This document shows positions 1 to 10,230 of a stretch of DNA of 64,000 nucleotides, in pieces. Below the pieces are notes generated by a model. That model made no database searches. It was not told the DNA's origin and saw nothing but the letters and a program-made list of their open reading frames with translations. The DNA comes from a virus (Duplodnaviria; Caudoviricetes): the IMG/VR virus record IMGVR_UViG_3300036453_000006, positions 1,022-65,021 of that record; one strand, given 5' to 3'. Position 1 is the stretch's first letter. Each line of letters begins with the position of its first letter. A program made the position numbers and the translations under genes.

Positions 1-89
1 TACTGACTTGGAGACAAACCATCCAGTAGCAAAACTGATAGCAACTCCAGCCAAACCCATTCCGATTGATGCAATATCTGATTTGTTCA

Positions 90-269
90 TTAGTTGGTCT
101 GCTTTCCGTTGCTGGTTTTGATCTGAGTCTTGATGTTCCTAAACGGGTGATCCATCAAGTGCTCCTTGCGTACGTACGGCATCTTTACCGCAGGTATGGA
201 CTCTTCTACAGTCGGATAGATTGGAACCAACTTAGAAACCGGGGGCTGGGGCTTGGGTAGAGCATTCAT
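90..269 (-). CDS. hypothetical protein (59 aa)
   Basis: Read manually: AGGAG RBS, ATG at 269, TAA at 92-90 overlapping the next ATG (88-90), whose ORF runs off the left edge. Confidence 0.55.
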   Translation of the reverse strand: MNALPKPQPPVSKLVPIYPTVEESIPAVKMPYVRKEHLMDHPFRNIKTQIKTSNGKQTN

Positions 270-298
270 CAGTTTCTCCTAATAATTTGGGGATTACA

Positions 299-337
299 GG
301 TGGCGCTTGACAGTTATATATAGTCAAGCGCCACCTT
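299..337. terminator. perfect 14-bp inverted repeat, terminator-like
   Basis: aggtggcgcttgac...gtcaagcgccacct directly downstream of the 350..1267 stop. Confidence 0.65.
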
Positions 338-349
338 ATATTCGAGCTG

Positions 350-1267
350 TTAGGTCAGTTTGTCGACGATCACGCCGTCAACGTTGAAGTCCAGGAAGAT
401 TCCAGGAGCACTCCCGTTGATGAATCGACGCCCACCTTCGCTATCGAAGTCGTAGATGCCGAAGTCGACATAGCAGTCACCACTGTCCTTACCGTGACGG
501 TTCTTGTCGATGTACCAACCAACAACCTGACCGGCCTGCGAGCGCTCGATTCCAAGCGAATCATAGACATCATTCAAGAAGAGATATCCCTGGATCTGAA
601 GCTTCTGATTGGCGTATTCCTGCTGGGCACGAAGCGTCATCAGGTTGTACTCGGGAAGCTTTTCCCAAACCGACGAGTTAACTTGATCGAACCAGCGACC
701 ATAAGGCGAGGCACCCTTGATTCGATCCAGCTCGGTGGTTACCTTGACGTTCTTGCCGTCCTCCTTGATCGATTCAGTTCGGAGACCTGAGCGGTATTCG
801 AGGTCTTTCTCCTCGCCATATTCCTCGACAACACGCTCCCGGTAGTTTGCGAACGACTTCTCGATGACCTGGTATGCAGCCACAAGTGCCACATTTCGAC
901 GACGCAGAATACCGTGAGCCGATACGATGCATACTGCAGAACCGACACCGAGTGCAATGGTCGGCGCATAGATCTTACTGATGGAACCCATTGCGTGAGT
1001 GTAAACGCGAATCTTGTCGCGCTTGGTCTCGGCTTCTGGGTGATTGCACTGAATCTCCTTGATACGAGTTAAGTCGTCGTTGAGCTTGTCTACGACCGGT
1101 TCGAGCTTCAGTGTGGCCTTAGCACCCATGACTGCCGTAACCACAAAGCCGGCGATGCCAACGGATGTAAGGATCTCAGGTGCATATTTTCTAGCAAGAT
1201 AGACACCCTTGAAGAGTGTACGGGAGGTGGCGAGCTTGAGCCCAGCACCAGCAATTGCGATTGTCAT
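350..1267 (-). CDS. conserved phage membrane-anchored protein (DUF6353-like), paralog 1
   Basis: 305 aa; PEILT-x-GIAGFVVTAV hydrophobic N-terminus, second TM segment, ALVAAY..IEKSFANYRERV motif; similar to 4719..5543. Confidence 0.65.
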   Translation of the reverse strand: MTIAIAGAGLKLATSRTLFKGVYLARKYAPEILTSVGIAGFVVTAVMGAKATLKLEPVVDKLNDDLTRIKEIQCNHPEAETKRDKIRVYTHAMGSISKIYAPTIALGVGSAVCIVSAHGILRRRNVALVAAYQVIEKSFANYRERVVEEYGEEKDLEYRSGLRTESIKEDGKNVKVTTELDRIKGASPYGRWFDQVNSSVWEKLPEYNLMTLRAQQEYANQKLQIQGYLFLNDVYDSLGIERSQAGQVVGWYIDKNRHGKDSGDCYVDFGIYDFDSEGGRRFINGSAPGIFLDFNVDGVIVDKLT

Positions 1268-1410
1268 TTTTTCTCCTTGTTAAACGCGCCCTCATTGAGT
1301 TTGCGTGTATAAATTGCTGTAACTTGCCGATCAGACATCTTCTCGACCTTACCTGCCCATGAGGGGCCATACAGCCTTGACAGTAGTCTTTGCATTTCGT
1401 GTATAGGCAA
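1264..1410 (-). CDS. small conserved phage protein (48 aa, W..KV..M.D.QV.AIY motif)
   Basis: Manual translation from TTG at 1410; TGA overlaps the next ATG (ATGA). Confidence 0.5.
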   Translation of the reverse strand: MPIHEMQRLLSRLYGPSWAGKVEKMSDRQVTAIYTRKLNEGAFNKEKK

Positions 1411-1428
1411 TATGGCCCCCTAGTTCTG

Positions 1429-1650
1429 TTATTCTGCTTCGATGATGGGGCCCGTTTCCAGACCCTCGTTTACTGCCCGAAGAATCGCCATCAGAATACG
1501 ATCGTAAACTGTCTGGGGATTACCGGTTTCTTGCTGGGTTTTAACAAATTCGTTCCAGACCATCTTGACTGCGGCAGCGTCAACTTCAACGCCAGAAGGA
1601 ATTACGGTAGGCACGGGAATAACTACAGTTTTAACGCCCGGAAATGCCAT
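1429..1650 (-). CDS. hypothetical protein
   Basis: 73-aa ORF with AGGAG RBS in the minus-strand operon. Confidence 0.6.
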   Translation of the reverse strand: MAFPGVKTVVIPVPTVIPSGVEVDAAAVKMVWNEFVKTQQETGNPQTVYDRILMAILRAVNEGLETGPIIEAE

Positions 1651-1662
1651 ATTTAATACTCC

Positions 1663-2328
1663 TTAATCGAGTTGAGTGGTTCGGGGAAGAACGAGGAGAT
1701 AACCTCCACGGACGGCGTCAACTCGAGAACCTCGAATGTCAGTCCAACCCCACTTATTATCTGTATATGCGGGGGTGACGCCAATCATCGAGTACAGATC
1801 TGCAACGGCAGCCTGGTCATAGTCATTAACCAAGTCCTGAAGACGCTCGAGAACTTCCTCGGCTTCTCCCCGATTGGCAAGGATCACGTCGTCGAAGTTG
1901 TGTTCAGAACGCTCACGGCTTGAAAGTTCACGGCGGTCGTCCCTAGAGCTTCGGCTGTCAGTGTTACCGTTGTACATCTTCTGATAACTGGTTCCTCTTC
2001 CGCCAGACATGCGGTCACGTCCGAGCTTGCTACGTCCGTGGGAATCCCCATAGAGTGAACGCTCAAGACCTTGTGTGAACATGTCCAGAATAAGAGACTT
2101 GGCCGATGGAATCACCACGTCGAAGAGGATATACGAACCCACCGATTGCGCGTCATCACCCATGAACGACTCTTTAATCTTTCGACCAAGAGGCTTCTTA
2201 CGAGTGACACCCATCGAGGTGATCTTTACGATCTCGGGACGCTCTTTCGGAGCAGGGGCCTTGTCCTTATTACTATTGCTTGGAAGGCCGTACGGATTGG
2301 TAGGCTTCTTTGGAGCTTCTTCAGGCAT
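1663..2328 (-). CDS. conserved hypothetical phage protein
   Basis: 221 aa, AAGGA RBS; C-terminal VADLY...YTDNKWGWTD motif. Confidence 0.7.
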   Translation of the reverse strand: MPEEAPKKPTNPYGLPSNSNKDKAPAPKERPEIVKITSMGVTRKKPLGRKIKESFMGDDAQSVGSYILFDVVIPSAKSLILDMFTQGLERSLYGDSHGRSKLGRDRMSGGRGTSYQKMYNGNTDSRSSRDDRRELSSRERSEHNFDDVILANRGEAEEVLERLQDLVNDYDQAAVADLYSMIGVTPAYTDNKWGWTDIRGSRVDAVRGGYLLVLPRTTQLD

Positions 2329-2448
2329 ATTACTTTCCTTCGAGTTTATCTAATTCGGCTGTAAAATGAAGCACGTCATTCCAAAAACCGAGCCTACGAG
2401 CAGATACGATCAGCGTCTTAAGTTCGTCAACGCGTCGCTGGGGCTCCA

Positions 2449-2805
2449 TCAGATATCTTTTACCACGGGCTTTTTGGCAGCAGGCTTACGCTTGGGCTTC
2501 ATTGCTTCTTCATTGACGGCCTTGATGTTTTCAAGAAGCTGATTCTGATTTTTGATCTCAGCTTCAGCTTCATCAATGCTGGTTTGGATACCCGTAGCCA
2601 TGTTGTCCATGCCGTCAGTGATCTTTTTAGCAGCCATATTACTCAGAAGTGAGCCGATGACGAGAGTTCCAACTCGCATACCGAGCTTAGGAAGGAACGT
2701 GAGGTCCGCTGGAGTGTTCTTAACAATGACCGTGGTCAGCACAAGTCCGACACTTGCCGAAACAACGCCTTCGACGGCACTTTTGAAGTTTTCGTACATA
2801 CTCAT
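2449..2805 (-). CDS. membrane protein with coiled-coil tail
   Basis: 118 aa, two hydrophobic segments, AAAGGA RBS. Confidence 0.6.
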   Translation of the reverse strand: MSMYENFKSAVEGVVSASVGLVLTTVIVKNTPADLTFLPKLGMRVGTLVIGSLLSNMAAKKITDGMDNMATGIQTSIDEAEAEIKNQNQLLENIKAVNEEAMKPKRKPAAKKPVVKDI

Positions 2806-2850
2806 GTTTAGTCCTTTTCTGAGAATTGAGTGGTGCTTGAGTGGGGCTGT

Positions 2851-3411
2851 TTACTGCTGCGGGTTTCCCTGATTAAAGGTACCCTGCTCGAAGTTCATAG
2901 CTTCACGACGCGAGGTGTAGTTTTCGTGCGAAGCAGCTGGTGCTTGGAACTGCTGAGCCTGAGCAATGGATTCGGAGGGCTTGTTATAGCCCTGCATGTT
3001 TGCTTCAGAGTTGGCTCGAGCAGTCTCAGGGTTCTTGGCTGCCTCAGGATTCTGAGGAAGGCCGTCAGCCATATCTGCAGGAATAAGTTCCCGAATGAAT
3101 GCTGCAGCGTAGACGTCATCCGTAACAAGCTGCATAAAGATCTTCGAATATGCATTACTTGCTACGAATTCGTGCCAATCCTGATCGGTCTTGATAAACC
3201 GTGCACCACCAGCAAGACGAACGCCGTAAGCTGCCCGTAGAATACGCTTGAACGTATCCATGAGTCGGTTCGCATTTCCAGAGTTACCTACGGCCCGCAA
3301 GTCCTCTCGGATATTCAGCTCGGTTGCTTCAGCCGGCGTGAGGTTGAAGTAGAACGTGTCTTCTACGTCCTGGTTGTTGAAGTCTTTGTAGGTGATAGTC
3401 TTTCCGAGCAT
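2851..3411 (-). CDS. conserved hypothetical phage protein (KTITY.DFN...E.FYFNL)
   Basis: RBS TAAGGA precedes ATG at 3411; ORF-track start at 3459 is probably too long. Confidence 0.65.
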   Translation of the reverse strand: MLGKTITYKDFNNQDVEDTFYFNLTPAEATELNIREDLRAVGNSGNANRLMDTFKRILRAAYGVRLAGGARFIKTDQDWHEFVASNAYSKIFMQLVTDDVYAAAFIRELIPADMADGLPQNPEAAKNPETARANSEANMQGYNKPSESIAQAQQFQAPAASHENYTSRREAMNFEQGTFNQGNPQQ

Positions 3412-3422
3412 GTTTAAAATCC

Positions 3423-3623
3423 TTACTTGTCGAACTGCTGGTAGGTCGAGTTGGTCCAAATCCGGCCATTGGTGGCGAGGATATGCTTTGCGCGGTTTAC
3501 TGCTGAGTAGCCATAAACCATGGCAGTCTTACTTGCAAATGCGACGATTGCAATATGAGCAATAGTTACTACCGCAAATGACGTTGTGTTGGAGAGTTTT
3601 TCTCCGAAACCGATCTTGTTCAT
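3423..3623 (-). CDS. small membrane protein
   Basis: 66 aa, AAAGGAG RBS, one TM segment. Confidence 0.55.
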   Translation of the reverse strand: MNKIGFGEKLSNTTSFAVVTIAHIAIVAFASKTAMVYGYSAVNRAKHILATNGRIWTNSTYQQFDK

Positions 3624-3708
3624 GGGGTTCTCCTTTCAAGAGAATTAAAAAGGGAAGCACATGTAGTTATTAGTTACATGGGCTTCCCGTTGATGACTGT
3701 CCGCTTAC

Positions 3709-3948
3709 TTATTCGGCGGTGGTTGATTCCAGGGTCGAGTCCTTGGGAACTTCGACGACGATGTAGTCAACATCAGGGTTTTCATCAAAGTCACCTGAAT
3801 CGACCTTCTTCAGCAGAACAGCGGCGGCGATGAGGCCGAGGGCAGTTCCGCCAATGACGGCGATTCGAGTAATGATGACCTTTTTGTTGGCCTTAATCTT
3901 CTCGATGAGGGTAGGGGCTTCGACGGTGGTGGGTGTGGTTTCATCCAT
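3709..3948 (-). CDS. cassette gene: small single-pass membrane protein
   Basis: 79 aa; preceded by promoter motif 3975-4005, followed by hairpin at about 3653-3690. Confidence 0.7.
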   Translation of the reverse strand: MDETTPTTVEAPTLIEKIKANKKVIITRIAVIGGTALGLIAAAVLLKKVDSGDFDENPDVDYIVVEVPKDSTLESTTAE

Positions 3949-4189
3949 TTTGGTGTTCCTTTATGAGGGGGACAGGGGTCATTATATACCCTGTAATTTT
4001 TGCGAGCTTATACGATTTTGTGAAGGGTCATCATGCGTCCGAAGAAACCGGCACGATTGATTTTGCGAGCGGCACCTTTGGCTGTCCAGAAACGGCGACC
4101 GCGGAAGCATACAAATCCAGTAATATCGTTTTTGACAAAGTATTTACGACGCATGATAGGCTCCTAGATTCTGAACAGCTTATGGGTGG

Positions 4190-4651
4190 TTAGGCGGGAA
4201 CTGTCGTGGTCAACAATTCAGTAGGGGCTTCATTAAACTTCACGTTGCTGATGAACCGTTCTTCAAGTTCACGACGAGCCAGGGTTGCTGCCTGAGAGTC
4301 AGCCGACGGATATCCTGCGGCCTTGGCTGCTGCTTTGGCGTCTTCGAATTCTTCATCGATAACGGCCTTAAGCAGAACCAGATACGTCAGGTGGTCCGTG
4401 ATCTTTTCATCCCACTTTTCAACAGCATGTGTACCAGTCTGATCGCCGATCATGTCGTAGATTGAGACGGTGTGTTTGATCATCATGCCGGCCAGAGCAT
4501 CTCGAGGAGACAGCTTCTGAAGTGCCGCAGCTTGCTTGAAGTTATGCAGACGGTCTCGGTCGGTGGCGTACTCCGTACCCTTACTAACCAACATAGACTC
4601 GATCTGACCAAGCTGGGTCTGGACAATGTTGTTAAAGCGTTCGTTGTTCAT
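4190..4651 (-). CDS. nucleotide-modification-associated / MazG-like all-alpha domain protein (DUF1599-like)
   Basis: K..EYA...DRLHNFK...KH...I.D...W.EKI.D.L.YL.LL pattern; start reset to ATG 4651 (GGAG RBS). Confidence 0.5.
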   Translation of the reverse strand: MNNERFNNIVQTQLGQIESMLVSKGTEYATDRDRLHNFKQAAALQKLSPRDALAGMMIKHTVSIYDMIGDQTGTHAVEKWDEKITDHLTYLVLLKAVIDEEFEDAKAAAKAAGYPSADSQAATLARRELEERFISNVKFNEAPTELLTTTVPA

Positions 4652-4718
4652 CAATTTCTCCTTGTTATATACAGTCGTACAGGTCTTCATCAGCGACAAA
4701 GACCATGGGTATTTCTTT

Positions 4719-5543
4719 TCAGCCCCACACTCGGGTGTATTTAATGGTGGGCTGCTTTCGATATTCGAGTGCCATGACTGGTTTGCCGTCACTCAGAACC
4801 GCACTGAATTGAATTTCAAGTACGTTATCGGTGGTCCATCCAACTTCTTCGCCAACGGCAACCTGGGGCAGCCCGATCAGTCGATAGAAATCATTCTGGC
4901 TGGCGTACATATCGTTAATGCACTGCCGATTGATGTCATTTTCAGCCTTTCGAATATCTTCTACTGTGGATTCGAAGTATCGTCCGGTAAACGTATCAAA
5001 GCATGGGATATTACCCGAGCCAATGATCGTCGTAGATGGACCCGCGGCAATTACCCGATCTTGGGCAATCTCATCCCGAACCCGGGCTTCTTTGTTCGCT
5101 CCAAGGGTATGCACTACCTTTTCTTTATATTCACCGTAGGCACGCTCAGTTAACGTGTAGAGGCTGATGAGAGCCGCATTACGACGAGTGTGGATCGAGT
5201 TTACACTGATGATACACATGGCCGTACCTACACCAACCATGGCCGCTGGGATATAGTGTCGCCAACCGAGCTGAATGATGGTTTTGGGCTCATCCCACGG
5301 CTCGGCGAACTCATAGGGCTCAAAGTCGCGTTCGCCAGACTGCCAGCGCTCGCTATGGTTGACAGTGATCTCTGCCCGTCGATCAGCCTCATGATTGATG
5401 TCTCTAACGGCTCCTGGTGTAGCTCTAACTGCAAGCACAGCGGTAGCTAGAAGCCCTGAAACACCCAATCCGGTCAAAATTGTCGGGGTGTTGTTTTTGA
5501 GGAGGCTATGCGCCGATTTAGTCAACATTCCGAATTTGCTCAC
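4719..5543 (-). CDS. conserved phage membrane-anchored protein (DUF6353-like), paralog 2
   Basis: 274 aa; NTPTILTGLGVSG, RRNAALISLY..TERAYGEYKEKV, parallel to 350..1267. Confidence 0.65.
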   Translation of the reverse strand: MSKFGMLTKSAHSLLKNNTPTILTGLGVSGLLATAVLAVRATPGAVRDINHEADRRAEITVNHSERWQSGERDFEPYEFAEPWDEPKTIIQLGWRHYIPAAMVGVGTAMCIISVNSIHTRRNAALISLYTLTERAYGEYKEKVVHTLGANKEARVRDEIAQDRVIAAGPSTTIIGSGNIPCFDTFTGRYFESTVEDIRKAENDINRQCINDMYASQNDFYRLIGLPQVAVGEEVGWTTDNVLEIQFSAVLSDGKPVMALEYRKQPTIKYTRVWG

Positions 5544-5579
5544 AGCGGTTCCTTACTTTGCGTTTTCGTGGTGGGTAGT

Positions 5580-5699
5580 CTAGCGGCGAGATTCTCGCAC
5601 AAAGACTCGGATGAGCCATAGCCCTCCAGTGAGCAATGTGAGGATTGCGTCAAACAAGAAGCTGCCAAGACCATACCGATTGCTGCGACGACGAGCCAT
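5580..5699 (-). CDS. 39-aa basic membrane peptide (MARRRSNRYGLGSFLFDAILTLLTGGLWLIRVFVRESRR)
   Basis: Manual translation; strong GAAAGGA RBS; below the ORF-track length cutoff. Confidence 0.7.
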   Translation of the reverse strand: MARRRSNRYGLGSFLFDAILTLLTGGLWLIRVFVRESRR

Positions 5700-5754
5700 T
5701 AGAATTTCCTTTCAAGAAATTAAAAATAAGAAATCCGGTTGGATAACTTATTGA

Positions 5755-5814
5755 GAGAAAAAGAAGAGGGCTCGAACACGGCAGTGTACTAGCATAGACT
5801 TTCGTCTACTCTTC
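5755..5814 (-). ncRNA. candidate promoter-driven small RNA (three-way junction plus U-tract)
   Basis: Follows promoter motif 5811-5840; AGAAGAG/CTCTTCT closing stem, TAGAC-GAAA-GTCTA hairpin, ACAC-TGCC-GTGT hairpin, then TTTT; no ORF. Confidence 0.4.
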
Positions 5815-6004
5815 TATTATAAAGCGTGTAAATTTCGCGAGGGTCAGTTCTTTTTATAGCGCTTTCGATATTTAAAACCTTTAAGCAACATCCCATACAA
5901 AGCCGACCGTCTATAGAGGTGCACTTCGAGACAAGTGGTACATGCAAATAGCATAGTTTTTTTTGTAGCTGACGGACCCATAATTCTCAAACGATGCTTA
6001 TGCA

Positions 6005-6445
6005 TTACTCTCCCGGGGTTTTTTCGAGATTTGCAATTTCTTTATCGATTTCGACTATTTTAATTGCGAGTATATTTTTTCGGTTAATTAACAGCTTTAT
6101 ACGTCGATTAGTTTTTAACTCTGAGGAATCGCTACAGATAGCGTATACTGTGCGGTGAGATATTTCGTACTTGTTTGCTATTTCAAGAACTGACAAGCGA
6201 CCTTCTTGAAAGTCTGCTCGAATTTTGTTATAATTCTTGTTTTTAGGACGACCCTGATAATTATATACATTGTTTGCTTTTCGGGCAATAGCTCGAGCAG
6301 CCATGTCTACATTATTCTTTTTAGCCACGGTATAGATAAAGGGCGCAACTACCTGATTTCGATTTGCAATGTCTCGTGTAGAATATCTCAAATCTTGGAG
6401 GTCGTTTAACACATCAGTGTATTTCTTGTCCGATAGTTTACGCAT
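6005..6445 (-). CDS. helix-turn-helix DNA-binding protein
   Basis: 146 aa from ATG 6445; two HTH-like segments (YSTRDIANRNQV, LSVLEIANKYEISHRTVYAI); AT-rich. Confidence 0.65.
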   Translation of the reverse strand: MRKLSDKKYTDVLNDLQDLRYSTRDIANRNQVVAPFIYTVAKKNNVDMAARAIARKANNVYNYQGRPKNKNYNKIRADFQEGRLSVLEIANKYEISHRTVYAICSDSSELKTNRRIKLLINRKNILAIKIVEIDKEIANLEKTPGE

Positions 6446-6674
6446 TAGTTTTCCTTTAGGTTTCGTGACAAATACAAGGACACTGATCGATACAGTCAAG
6501 CTCGAGGTTCCAACCCTCACCTTTACAGTTCTCGTGCTTACCTGTAGCACAATCTGGATCTGGTAATATCGCGGACTCACTCATCTTTCAGTACCCGACG
6601 CCAATAGATTACGAGACCTACCAATATAAGCAAGCTGATTCCGTCTGCAATTATGAATATGGTTAATGGATCCA

Positions 6675-6869
6675 TCAGTTGACTGCCTCTCGAACGTTTT
6701 GGAGTAACTTGGTTGTGGCTTTTTCGAGGGCTAAGTTTCCGTATTCGTTGCTATCTAACCCTGCATCAAGGATAACTGAGACCTCTACGCTAAACGATAC
6801 TGAATATATAACCTGTGAGGATTTACCGTTTGTGGTTTTAGTTACGTGAACATTTGGTGGGAGTTTCAT
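6675..6869 (-). CDS. hypothetical protein
   Basis: 64-aa ORF with AAGGTG RBS. Confidence 0.5.
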   Translation of the reverse strand: MKLPPNVHVTKTTNGKSSQVIYSVSFSVEVSVILDAGLDSNEYGNLALEKATTKLLQNVREAVN

Positions 6870-7034
6870 AGTGCACCTTTAATGTTGATTACCAGATTAC
6901 TACTTCTTTTGAAACCAGACCGTCATAGGGTGACCACTCAATACCAACGTCTTTTGATAACGATCCGTCGTTGTTCACCACAATGATTGCTTCTGGGGGG
7001 AATGTCTTCAACTTCTCGATTGCTTCAGCAACAG

Positions 7035-7763
7035 TCATGGTGCTACCCGTCCGTTCTTGACGAACGCTGCATGAGTCGCAGGCATAAGAGACTCAAATAT
7101 AGTCTCCACAGCTTCGGCAGCCATGTGAATCTCTCGCTGAGGATATGACCGTACAATACTGTCGTCAGACTCTACTCGAAGGGACAGGAAGTTCATCAAC
7201 GAACGGGCATTGACTGTCCAGTACATTTGCGAGTAGGTATTGAGTGGTAGAACCATACGAGCTACCTCGTTGGCAATACCGTTCTCAAGTGCCTTTTGAT
7301 ATCTCATCCAACATTCAAATGAGTTGTCAGCCAGGTCTCTAGAGAATGCATTCCAACGACCGTTGGGGTTGATCATGGCATTTTCACAATATTCTTCGAA
7401 GGATATAAAGTCGGGCTTCATCTTGGTTCCTGCATTGAACATCTTTCGATCAGAACCGGGAATATAGAACTCGGGAGGCAGTTCAGTGTATCGACCACTC
7501 ATCTCATTGAAACTCGACATGCGATGACGCTGCCACTCCCTGAACACAAAGAGGGGTGTCTTTACAAAGAACGTGAACGATGTGTGCTCGAATGGAGAGC
7601 CGTGTCGACCCTTCATCAAAGCGTTAATCAAGCGTACAGGATCAGTATCCGGGTTGTTCTCACCTATAGCTGACACTTGTGCTGCCTGTATAACATAATC
7701 GTCATGAGCCTGATGGCGTACGAGCTTTACAGTCATCTCACTTGAGAATTTGATATCAGTCAT
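7035..7763 (-). CDS. thyX: FAD-dependent thymidylate synthase
   Basis: RHGSPFEH, REWQRHRMSSFNEMSGRY (RHRxxSxxxxSxR signature), EVARMVLP, NARSLMNFLSLR. Confidence 0.95.
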   Translation of the reverse strand: MTDIKFSSEMTVKLVRHQAHDDYVIQAAQVSAIGENNPDTDPVRLINALMKGRHGSPFEHTSFTFFVKTPLFVFREWQRHRMSSFNEMSGRYTELPPEFYIPGSDRKMFNAGTKMKPDFISFEEYCENAMINPNGRWNAFSRDLADNSFECWMRYQKALENGIANEVARMVLPLNTYSQMYWTVNARSLMNFLSLRVESDDSIVRSYPQREIHMAAEAVETIFESLMPATHAAFVKNGRVAP

Positions 7764-8708
7764 TAGTTTACCTCTTCGATAGTTTTGATAAGCTCAAGAA
7801 TATGGTCAGCTAGAGCTTGATAATGCCCATCTTCGAGGATCTTTTTGTCTAGATATCCAGGATACTTATCGCTAATAATGGTCAACGCGAGAGCCATACG
7901 AATTTTCTCTTTAACACGATCTGAAATATCTGATCTATCGGCATACACCATTCGGTGAGCACGACCTTGATCTACTGCGTTATGAAACTGTACGTACGTG
8001 GTTGTAACTTCGGGAAGATATATTCCCCCGCCTTCTTGCACATGTGCGATGTATGATATGTGAGTTTTAGACTTATTATCACTAAACCATTCATACCAAC
8101 CGGGAGCTAATTCTTCTTTTTTAATCTCGGTCATGAGGTTACTTCCTTAAGAATCTTGGTTTCGGTTGCAGTCCTATAAAGTGTTTGCTCGCCAGGAATC
8201 TGACTAACTATTTCTTGAAGCAGCGGTTTAAGGGTAATTACGTACACGTTTCGTTGAGTATCAGGTTCATACAACGCTTCTATATCAACCCCAGGAACTT
8301 TTAGAAACTCGATAGTGTTTATCGAGGTTGCGTCTTCAATGATTAGTTTGACGTTGACGTATTTCGGATCAGTCATTATTTACCCAACAATTCTTCTCGA
8401 AGTTTAGCTCTGGTCACTTGACCTTGGTCTTGACAACGGGTGCAGTAGAAATATAAGATTAGGTTTGAGTCCGAGGGCTCAATGAATTTAAATCGGTGCT
8501 TGTGTTTAGGCGGTGACTTCTTGAAGTTGTGGTCTTCTTGAGTAACCCGAATATACGCAGCAATACCATTTGTAACGCCGAGAGACCATTTATCAAAGTC
8601 CGGCTCACTGAATTCATGCGGGGGCTCGACTTCAATGTGGACTACGCCGTCATCAAATAGTAAATCTAATACAAAATATTTATCGCTCATGAAGGTTGGT
8701 ATTCGCAT
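7763..8708 (-). CDS. three translationally coupled hypothetical genes (7763..8134, 8131..8376, 8376..8708; the last has a CxxC)
   Basis: Abutting or overlapping start and stop codons in the ORF track. Confidence 0.6.
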
Positions 8709-8965
8709 TCAAAAGCTGTGTCTGAGATACAATCAAAAAAGCCTTCGCTGTCTCTAGTAATATAATTACCCATAAAGACTCGAGTGTGGGGCAGGTCGAT
8801 TGCAATTGTGAGGTCTATATTGGTCATGATCGATGGCAACACTATAATCTTACCGCCACACCAATTGGTCAGAAAGAATATGTTGTCTTTATTTAACTGA
8901 ATAGCTTCAATCTTTAATGGTACTTTCTTAATATACTGTCTACCTACGATGTCGGACATAGTCAC
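8687..8965 (-). CDS. phage protein of the 'Y.KKP..IEA.Q' family, paralog 1
   Basis: QYIKKVPLKIEAIQ...GNYI...F..EYQP. Confidence 0.65.
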   Translation of the reverse strand: MTMSDIVGRQYIKKVPLKIEAIQLNKDNIFFLTNWCGGKIIVLPSIMTNIDLTIAIDLPHTRVFMGNYITRDSEGFFDCISDTAFECEYQPS

Positions 8966-9049
8966 AATGTGAGCCTTTCAAAAGTGTGTATAGATAAAAC
9001 GCAGGAGCCAAAGGCTTCTTACGACCTTTGGCTCCTGGTCAAACGAGTA

Positions 9050-9475
9050 CTACTTGATCTTCTTGATCAACAGAGGATCGGCGAATCGTGCAGTTCGTCC
9101 GGGGCCAGTACGATTAAGGGCCACGGTATTTCCCTGATGTCCCGAGACGGTCCACACGGTCTTACCTTTACCGATCGTGACTTTCATATCAACCGGGAAG
9201 TCGATCTTGAGCTGCTTTGCCCGTTCGATGTTGGATCCTAGATTGGGCTTAACTGTGAAGTCCGGGGTCAACGGTTCGAACTGCGCTTCTACCACAACCC
9301 GGGTGCCTTGAGGTTTTTCCAACTCGTCAATCATCAGGAAGAGCTTTTTGAAATCTTCTCTCCAAACTGAATCGTAGGCAATGCCATCGGTAACTAAGAC
9401 TCGAGTACGACTTACGACCTCAGCTTTGAGTGTGGCAAGCAGGAATTTCGGATCTTCGATGTTGATATATGACAT
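9050..9475 (-). CDS. hypothetical protein with C-terminal SH3/KOW-like segment
   Basis: Start reset to ATG 9475 (AAAGGAG RBS). Confidence 0.55.
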   Translation of the reverse strand: MSYINIEDPKFLLATLKAEVVSRTRVLVTDGIAYDSVWREDFKKLFLMIDELEKPQGTRVVVEAQFEPLTPDFTVKPNLGSNIERAKQLKIDFPVDMKVTIGKGKTVWTVSGHQGNTVALNRTGPGRTARFADPLLIKKIK

Positions 9476-9506
9476 GGTGCGTTCTCCTTTCGAGAGAGTT
9501 GAGGAC

Positions 9507-9869
9507 TTAGTACAAGTTTTCGCGGTTGTAGATCGTGTCATGAAGTCGGAGATCAATCAGCGGCTCTACTTCTTGGGGTTCGTACTTATTCTCAAATACC
9601 CCAGGCCCTTTGACGCTAAATCCGGTTAGAGGAGATCGAATAACCCAATGGCCAAGTCGAACGAGCTTTTCTTCGCTGAGACTTTTAATATGGATCAAGC
9701 CCGACGGATGAATGGTAACCCCACACTTGCCGCTGTCGGGTGCTACTGAGCCAATATATGATTCAACCCACTGATAGATTTCAAGAGCTTCTGCGTCTGT
9801 AGGTTCAAACGGCATCTGCATAGCCTCAATGGGTGTGGGCTTTGTTTGATATTTGAGTGGTTGGGTCAT
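9507..9869 (-). CDS. phage protein of the 'Y.KKP..IEA.Q' family, paralog 2
   Basis: KYQTKPTPIEAMQ...GHWVIRS...FENKYEP; start at ATG 9869 after AGGAG. Confidence 0.65.
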   Translation of the reverse strand: MTQPLKYQTKPTPIEAMQMPFEPTDAEALEIYQWVESYIGSVAPDSGKCGVTIHPSGLIHIKSLSEEKLVRLGHWVIRSPLTGFSVKGPGVFENKYEPQEVEPLIDLRLHDTIYNRENLY

Positions 9870-10230
9870 GGTATAACTCCTAATAAAAAGATTCCTAAAA
9901 AGCAAAGGCTATAGAATGTAACTATAACAATCCAGTATCGTTCGCTCATCACAGCGCCCACATCTTACCACAGTCACACCTAACTAATATACCCTTGCTC
10001 TCGTCAAACATACCAACGGTGACTTTGCGGTGAATTTGTGGATGCTTGAGAACTTTCTCGTGAAACCACACTATAATTTTGGTAATCATTAGCTATTACG
10101 CGTACCCATCTTCAAAGAGAAATCCGGTACATATCGCGGACAGTTACAGATGCCACAGTCACCGAGCATATGGAGCCCAATAGCGTGGTTACAGGTAACG
10201 CAAAGTTCTTTCATTAGAATATAACGTCCT

